A stretch of 20,000 nt of DNA from Malacoraja senta (taxonomy: Eukaryota), in assembly GCA_038087875.1 (NCBI GenBank), contig JAXLNO010000245.1, forward strand, positions 51,230 to 71,229. Direction: 5' to 3'. The position numbers and the translations under genes were made by a program. Shown in pieces: positions 19,986-20,000 of the stretch (position 1 is the first letter of the stretch; the number at the start of each line of letters is the position of its first letter). The notes under the pieces are model-generated. The model did no database searches. It was not told the origin of the DNA and was given only the letters and a program-made list of their open reading frames with translations.

Positions 19986-20000
19986 AGAGTGATACAGTAC

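Overview
Eukaryotic, repeat-saturated DNA with no confidently callable host gene. The repeat repertoire (abundant CR1-type LINEs with TTTCTATG-type tails, L2, Rex1-like, L1/Tx1, Penelope GIY-YIG fragments) suggests a cartilaginous fish, probably a skate or ray; this is an inference. The centrepiece is a structurally complete but coding-dead DIRS1-like tyrosine-recombinase retrotransposon (1852-6805, minus strand). It encodes gag, RT/RNase H, a DAM-like methyltransferase and a tyrosine recombinase. Its cis architecture can be read base by base: a 26-bp ITR, a 3' extension, an internal complementary region encoding the circle junction, and a 3-bp ATT core at both ends. It sits inside the 3' UTR of a 5'-truncated Crack/L2-like LINE. 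That LINE in turn interrupts a block whose ~98% identical uninterrupted paralog lies at 17560-18121. Also present are a Penelope-associated minimal hammerhead motif, a 66-bp tandem array of Penelope-terminus sequence, a 29-bp minisatellite, a 1.1-kb (TG)n tract, a G-rich tract and several nested insertions. Family names come from recognition of motifs, not from database searches.
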